NCBI RefSeq assembly: GCF_009914755.1
Contig: NC_060934.1
Source of the DNA: the human T2T-CHM13v2.0 reference genome, Homo sapiens
Direction: 5' to 3' (one strand)
Length of the DNA: 64,000 nucleotides
In this document: positions 57,876-64,000 of the stretch, one piece after another
Layout of the letters: each line of letters begins with the position of its first letter
How positions within the stretch are numbered: the first letter of the stretch is position 1
Position numbers and translations under genes: made by a program
Notes under the pieces: model-generated
What the model was told of the DNA's origin: nothing
Database searches by the model: none
The model's input: only the letters and a program-made list of their open reading frames with translations

Positions 57876-58752
57876 AAAAGTTTATTAGGGCAATTTGGGC
57901 ACTCAGAAAAATTCAAAACTTTTCAGAAGCAGAAAATTATCAGTGCCGAATCTATATGCTGCATAACTTTCCTCTGGAAAGATAGTACTTGACTTACTAG
58001 ATGTGGGATATAAAATGCTTGTAATTCTTGTCTTTTTTCAAAATATGAATAGTGTTGAACTCTGTATATTTATAGCTACCTATATTATCTATCTACTTAT
58101 TAATAATCTATTTTGCATTTTGGTCTCTGTCTTCTTTTGGCCACTGAGTCATCTACCAGTCTTTAATGAGGGACGTGGATAAAGAATAGAAACCGGTTTT
58201 CTTTTTTTCCAAACTCGGAAGAAATAGGTGCTTAAGCCAAGTTCTCCTAATAACTAAGTCCCACCTGAAATATCAAGACATTCTTTTAAGTTATCTTTGA
58301 TTTTCCAGTCAGCAAATACAGTGTTTGCTTCCCATCTGAGTACCATTTGGCAAACTGGAGATAAAGTCTGCAGAATTATTTAGCATTACATATGTTTATA
58401 ATTGCTTTTTCAAGATGATCCAAGTAATGTTAAAGTTTTGTTTATATGTTAACCAACTTTGGTGGTTGCACTTTATGTGGTTATAATGTAGAAAGGCTAG
58501 ACTTCAACAAATTCAATCTAACAAACATATATGGAGTATCTAAATGGAGCATTTTAGTGAAAATTATATATTTCATTCCTTTAGCTTGCTTGCACTAATA
58601 AAATGAGTTCCCCTGGAAATAATTAAAAGTTAATTGTCCAAAAATGAAGTTGGAATCACTTTAAGAACAGTAGGTGCTAAATTGGTATGGAAAAAAATAT
58701 CCTTAGAGGACAAGGATATAAAAATTTAAAAACAAAAGGCAAAGCTCACAGT

Positions 58753-58910
58753 TGGTGGGGAGGGATAGCATTAGGAGATATACCTAATGTAAATGACGAG
58801 TTAATGGGTGTAGCACACCAACATGGCACATGTATACATATGTAACAAACCTGCACGTTGTGCACATGTACCCTAGAACTTAAAGTGTAATAAATATATA
58901 TATATATATA
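58753..58910 (+). mobile_element. L1PA 3'UTR fragment with (TA)n tail
   Basis: gggagggatagcattaggagatatacctaatgtaaatgacgag. Confidence 0.9.
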
Positions 58911-59898
58911 AACTGAGTATTGAGTATAAAAGGAACATTACATTAACAGTTTTCTATTGTAATAGCTGATATGATGGTAAATGAGAACATTTTTAAAAAG
59001 TAATTTATGGTTTGATTATTTGTTTTGTGGGGAATCTAATGTTAAAATATAGAAAGACATTTAAAATACACGTTCATACTCAAGCCAGCTCTTTTAATAT
59101 TTATGTAAGAAAATTATTAAAATGTAATCAGGATAGTTTTTGATGTTTCGCTTCCATTAAAAGCTATACCCCAGAAAATCGAAATATGACTATTTTATAT
59201 TTCTTAATAGGAACATCCTACTTAAGATTTTGATTGTGTTTTCTGAAGCCCAAAGCATTTATTTTCTGTCCAGTTCTGAGTCGGAGATGCAATCTTACCC
59301 GTTAAGAAGACCTGCAAAGAGTTTTGAAGGAAATTATGTGTTAGGAATTCTGTCATTCATGGAAAAGTGCAAGAAATCCAGAAGAATCATTCTGTATTAT
59401 TTTAAGCCAATGTGATCAAGTTAATATATATTATTAGGCAAAACAAAGGTAAAGATAATTTAGCATAAAAATAAGATTTATTGGTTGAACAAAGGTCAAC
59501 ATTTTAATTTTCTTTTTCTGGGATATTATAGAAAGCAATTGGCAGATTCTGGATTAATGAGACTAATTTTTTTCTCCTTCCTAGAAAGCCACTTTTACTT
59601 TTACCCTCAGTTCTTGAATTTTTTCTTCAATGACACTTCACAGTCAAGGAAGAACTATTCTTATTCTCTGCATGAACCATGGCCTTGGCTGCAACAATTT
59701 CTAATGATAGGTTTTCTTAAAAATACACAGATTTTATATTTCTAAAATAATGTCTTCTGATCACCGAGAAGACCTCTGTATTGACCCATGCCCTCATCAG
59801 AATTATTCTCTCCTTTCCCTGCACTCCACTAACACAGAGGTTTCTTTTGTCACTGCCCAGATTTCCTGCTGCTTTTGCTGATTTTAAATCACAGGGGC

Positions 59899-60126
59899 CC
59901 TGGTGTGTGTTGTTCCCCTTCCTGTGTCCATGTGTTCTCATTGTTGTGGGGTGGAGGGAGGGGGGAGGGATAGCATTAGAAGATACACCTAATGTTAAAT
60001 GACGAGTTAATGGGTGCAGCACACCAACATGGCACATGTATACATATGTAACAAACCTGCACGTTGTGCACATGTACCCTAAAACTTAAAGTATAATAAT
60101 AAAAAATAAACAAGTAAATAAATAAA
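59899..60126 (+). mobile_element. L1PA4-like 3' end with 5' inversion; 13-bp TSD
   Basis: TSD aaatcacaggggc at 59886-59898 and 60127-60139; inverted piece ~59897-59945. Confidence 0.92.
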
Positions 60127-61489
60127 AAATCACAGGGGCTTTGTAAGAAAGGACGGGAGGGCTGTTTTAAGGGTAAGCCTGCCTTATACCTAGAGATGCT
60201 TAAAATATTTATAATAGCTACCTTTTATTTTGTATTTACTATGTGCCACACATTCCATGAAAGGCTTTACTGTCACTGAAGTCTATTAATTATTTGATCT
60301 AATTCAAACCTTACAATTGCATGAAGAGTTAAGAGTTAGAATCCTTGTTTTATAAATTAAGTAAATGAGAATTAGGAAGGTGGTAAAGCTTACCCGAGGT
60401 TATGAAACTAGGAACTGGTGGAGGCAGGACTTAAAATAAATTTTTTTAGGCTGCATGGATTGTAGAAGAGATGAAAAAGCAAATGCTAAGGTTGAAATTT
60501 TTGCTACACGTAGCCTTACCAAGTATGTGCACAGACTGGCTAATCAATCCTAAGCAGTTGTGTCCATCAGGAAAGGGGAAGAAGCCCTTCCTGGCCTACT
60601 CTAAACGTTTTACTAGCTTATGTGTACTAACCTCCGTTCAAAAATTATTCCAATGGCATGTTATAAAAGATACATATAAAATTGCCTTTGAAAATAATTG
60701 AGGTTATTGCAAAGTGCATAATTGACAAGGTAGGGTCCTCATAAAAAAATTAAAACCACAGACTGGACAAAGTAATAAAAATAGCACACAGAGAATTATG
60801 ACAAAATGATTTCTGAATAATTAATTAAAATGGCATGTAGCAAAAATGGTGTTTGAAGAATTTGTTATTTTTCATGGGAAAATTATTTCTGTATCACTTT
60901 TTTTGCAACATTTTCTACTCATAGATCAGAAAGTGGAGCATATATTTATATTTCTACAGCACCCACATAGAGCCAGACACATGACCTATGAAAAGAGAGA
61001 ATAATCTTTGATGTTAACATTTTAGAAAAAATGGGCTGAAAATACTTCAGACATTTAAGATTTTAGTATGCAAACATACACCTAAGTTATCTAAAATAAC
61101 AAAGTGGACAAGAATGCATTTGTAATAGGAGACAAGTATACAAGAAAACTTGACGAAAAAGACTGTCTGAAATTGAACACAGAATCTATAAAGAGACCAA
61201 TGTTGTCTGTGAATGATGAGAATCAGATTAGTCCCCTCTACACCACATGTCTTAGGTTTGTTGTCCCAATGTCCCATTTAGTCAGTGAGTGCCTCTTTCT
61301 CTTACAAAAATATAATGGTTTGCCCCATAAATTATATGGCCCCCTTCCCTAGAATTATTCTGGTATTCCTGGACATCCTCCAGTCATCCCTGCTCTTGTC
61401 TAAGTTTTTACTTCATTTGGTACATTCAGAACCTAAGACAGAACTAGAAATTCTATGTTAGTGCAATTATTCTCCATAATGGAATTCTT

Positions 61490-61562
61490 GTGACACAGAC
61501 CATATGGCCTGTAAGCCCAGAATATTCACCGTATCTGGCCTACTACAGTACAAGTTTGCCAG
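61490..61562 (+). mobile_element. MER58-like fragment
   Basis: acagaccatatggcctgtaagcccagaatattcac...aagtttgcc. Confidence 0.55.
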
Positions 61563-62473
61563 ATAAATGGAGGATACATAACAAATGTATTGATTAATGG
61601 GAAAAAAAGTCAAACATGTAATCACAACAATCTAGTTTGAAAAAAATATTGACTATCTGGTTTTAAGCAGTTTAATGGTGTAAACAGTGATAGTGTGCTA
61701 TATAAACACTTTTAATGAGTATTATTAAAGGAAACAACAGACAGCAAGTGAGGGACCAAGTCAGACTGATAGAATAGTGTTTGCAGATGAATAATGGAGA
61801 TGATTTTGAAGGTGTTGAGTTGATGGGTGTTATAAATGGAAGGAGAGAGAACATGAAGATTCAACACTATATATGCATTTTACATATGCTTACATAGCTT
61901 TTGCTATAAATATTTTTCGTCTGGATAAAAGGGGTGTGCTCTGAAATTCTAAGTCAGTTTCAGGAAAAGCAAATTTTAAGAAAAAACTACAAGTCTAAGA
62001 GTGCTTCTGTTAACATAAGATGACATTAAGTGTATTTTATGAAGCAGAAAATTGCTTCACACCCAAATTCTTAAAATTCGTTTTTTTGTGCTGTCTTTAA
62101 TAAGACATAGAACATTGGTACACATGAGCTGCATAACAGTCTAATGGAATTAGCATTTAGTAATTTGATATTTTGTATGCCTGACAAATCTGATGTAGAA
62201 GGAAATAGGGAAGAACACTGTTTTATGACCAGAACCATGCTTTAAAGTGGAATGAATTTACTAATTCTTTGTTGGCAATCTACTTAAGGACCTGAGCTTG
62301 GTGCAATCTTAGAAACTGACCCAGGCAAGCTCACAAATTTATAATAAAGAGGGTATAACAAGAATTTTAAAAGAAAACAAAGCTTTCTTTATATTAAAGG
62401 CACTACTAAATATATATATGTAATTTTTAAGCATTGTTATTAACTTAGACTTTGAGAGACGAATTGAACTCAG

Positions 62474-62475
<2 letters not shown>

Positions 62476-62519
<44 letters not shown>
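62476..62519. repeat. (TG)~22 microsatellite
   Basis: Direct reading. Confidence 0.97.
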
Positions 62520-62521
<2 letters not shown>

Positions 62522-62910
62522 TTAAAATTCTCAAGCATGAAGTTTTTAAAATATTAAGGGTATCATCTTGGTAACCTTGTAGCAAACTCTATAAGCCTTG
62601 ATAAAGTTTTTCCACTGAAATCAATTTACTTCAACTGGGAATAATCATCCTTAAGAGTTCAGATGACAAGGCTGAATTTACCATGAACTCTAAATATGAA
62701 GGGAAAAACATAATGTTTTTTGGTCAAAATAAATTAATGAAATTGAACAATGGCTATTTTCAAGTTTGAACGATTAGTAGAAACTAATATAGATTACCAC
62801 ATATTTATTAAAAGATATTCTAATTTAATCTGGTGCTTAGAAAAGGTACCTCACAAATATGATATCTTTTGAAAGATGTAAAAGTCAATTTCATTAAAGA
62901 AATATCTTTT

Positions 62911-63114
62911 TTGAGGTAAATTTATTTTATATATATATATTATACTTTAAGTTCTAGGGTACATGTGCACAACGTGCAGGTTTGTTACATATGTATACAT
63001 GTGCCATGTTGGTGTGCTGCACCCATTTAACTCGTCATTTACATTAGGTATATCTCCTAATGCTATCCCTCCCCCCTCCCCCCACCCCAGGACAGGCCCC
63101 ACTTGGACACAGGA
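62911..63114 (-). mobile_element. L1PA (approx. PA4-6) 3' end with micro-inversion; 13-bp TSD
   Basis: TSD agaaata(t/c)ctttt at 62898-62910 and 63115-63127. Confidence 0.9.
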
Positions 63115-64000
63115 AGAAATACCTTTTAACAGACAATGTTCTGCTGATTTTTGTGAGCTTTGCTCAATTACTATTATGTGGCATTATACTCCCTTGCATT
63201 GCACCTTCTACGGAAAAAGGTGCTTCTCTTCTTGTAGTCCCCTATCAATATCACATTATCATATTTTAAGTGGGCTCATAGTGCTTACCTGAAAGATTGT
63301 ATTACATTATAAAAGATAATCATAACAAGCCTAGATGAATTAATGGGGTGAAGTGAACAAATGATTTCATAAAATGGTTCTCAAATTGTTATTTTCCTTA
63401 AGCAGGAGGAACATTTTTGAAAAATAAAACTCCAAATATAAAACAGATAAGATGAGATCACCTTGGGTGCAGCCTGTGGTCCGGGCCTCACAGCCAAGTC
63501 TATCTCTCCTCCATTGAAAGGGCTACCGCAGCCACTGAGAGACTGCAAAACTGATCCTTGAACTCTGGACAGAGCTCGAAGATCAGTGATTCATGCATGT
63601 TTTCCTGGTTAGAAAATGCTAACCTTCTTAATCCACCCAGCCATTCTTTCTGCAGATCATTTCCAAGGACCCAAATCAACCGTGATTAGAAATACTTTGT
63701 CTCTTAAGCAACGAGCGGGTGCAGTGGGTGCAAATCAAAGCTGTTTATTTCTCTGGGGCAGTTGTTGGTTGCCCTTCTTTGAGAGATGGGGGCAATGATA
63801 ATGGTCTTCTCTATTCATTTATTGTTCTTTTCTAAATGTTTATGGTTCAAAAACAGAGTAAAGTTTATGCAAGTTCTCTGAGAAACAAGAAATACTGTCT
63901 TTATCCATCTCTCTGTAATTCTCAACACTCCAAATTAAATTCTGGAGTTTATTTGTAGTAAACTAATAAATTAGGAAAAAGATGTTTCTTTGATGAGGCA

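Noticed and set aside
57657-57888. YI/CV-repeat ORFs
   Set aside because: (TA)/(CA) microsatellite

Overview
Primate (human-like) genomic DNA, AT-rich and dense in Alu and L1 repeats. The window lies inside PLXDC2 (plexin domain-containing 2 / TEM7R) on the + strand. Five coding exons (11577-11699, 16086-16204, 32757-32856, 45280-45375, 45609-45690; probably exons 5-9, numbering from memory) have canonical AG/GT ends. They splice in frame to [174 protein letters not shown], covering the NIDO-like region and the start of the PSI domain. The rest is intron containing L1, L2, Alu, MIR, MLT, DNA-transposon fossils and microsatellites. Nearly all ORFs in the supplied track are repeat-derived or spurious. 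I found no convincing new gene system. The most notable structures are: (i) two TSD-bounded composite insertions that look like L1 3' transductions; (ii) three twin-primed (5'-inverted) L1s; (iii) a pair of unusually similar left-left Alu dimers bracketing exons 8-9; (iv) a candidate poison exon behind a ~290-nt AG-free pyrimidine tract; (v) a few candidate regulatory motifs. Repeat subfamily calls are by eye from remembered consensus sequences and need RepeatMasker confirmation.
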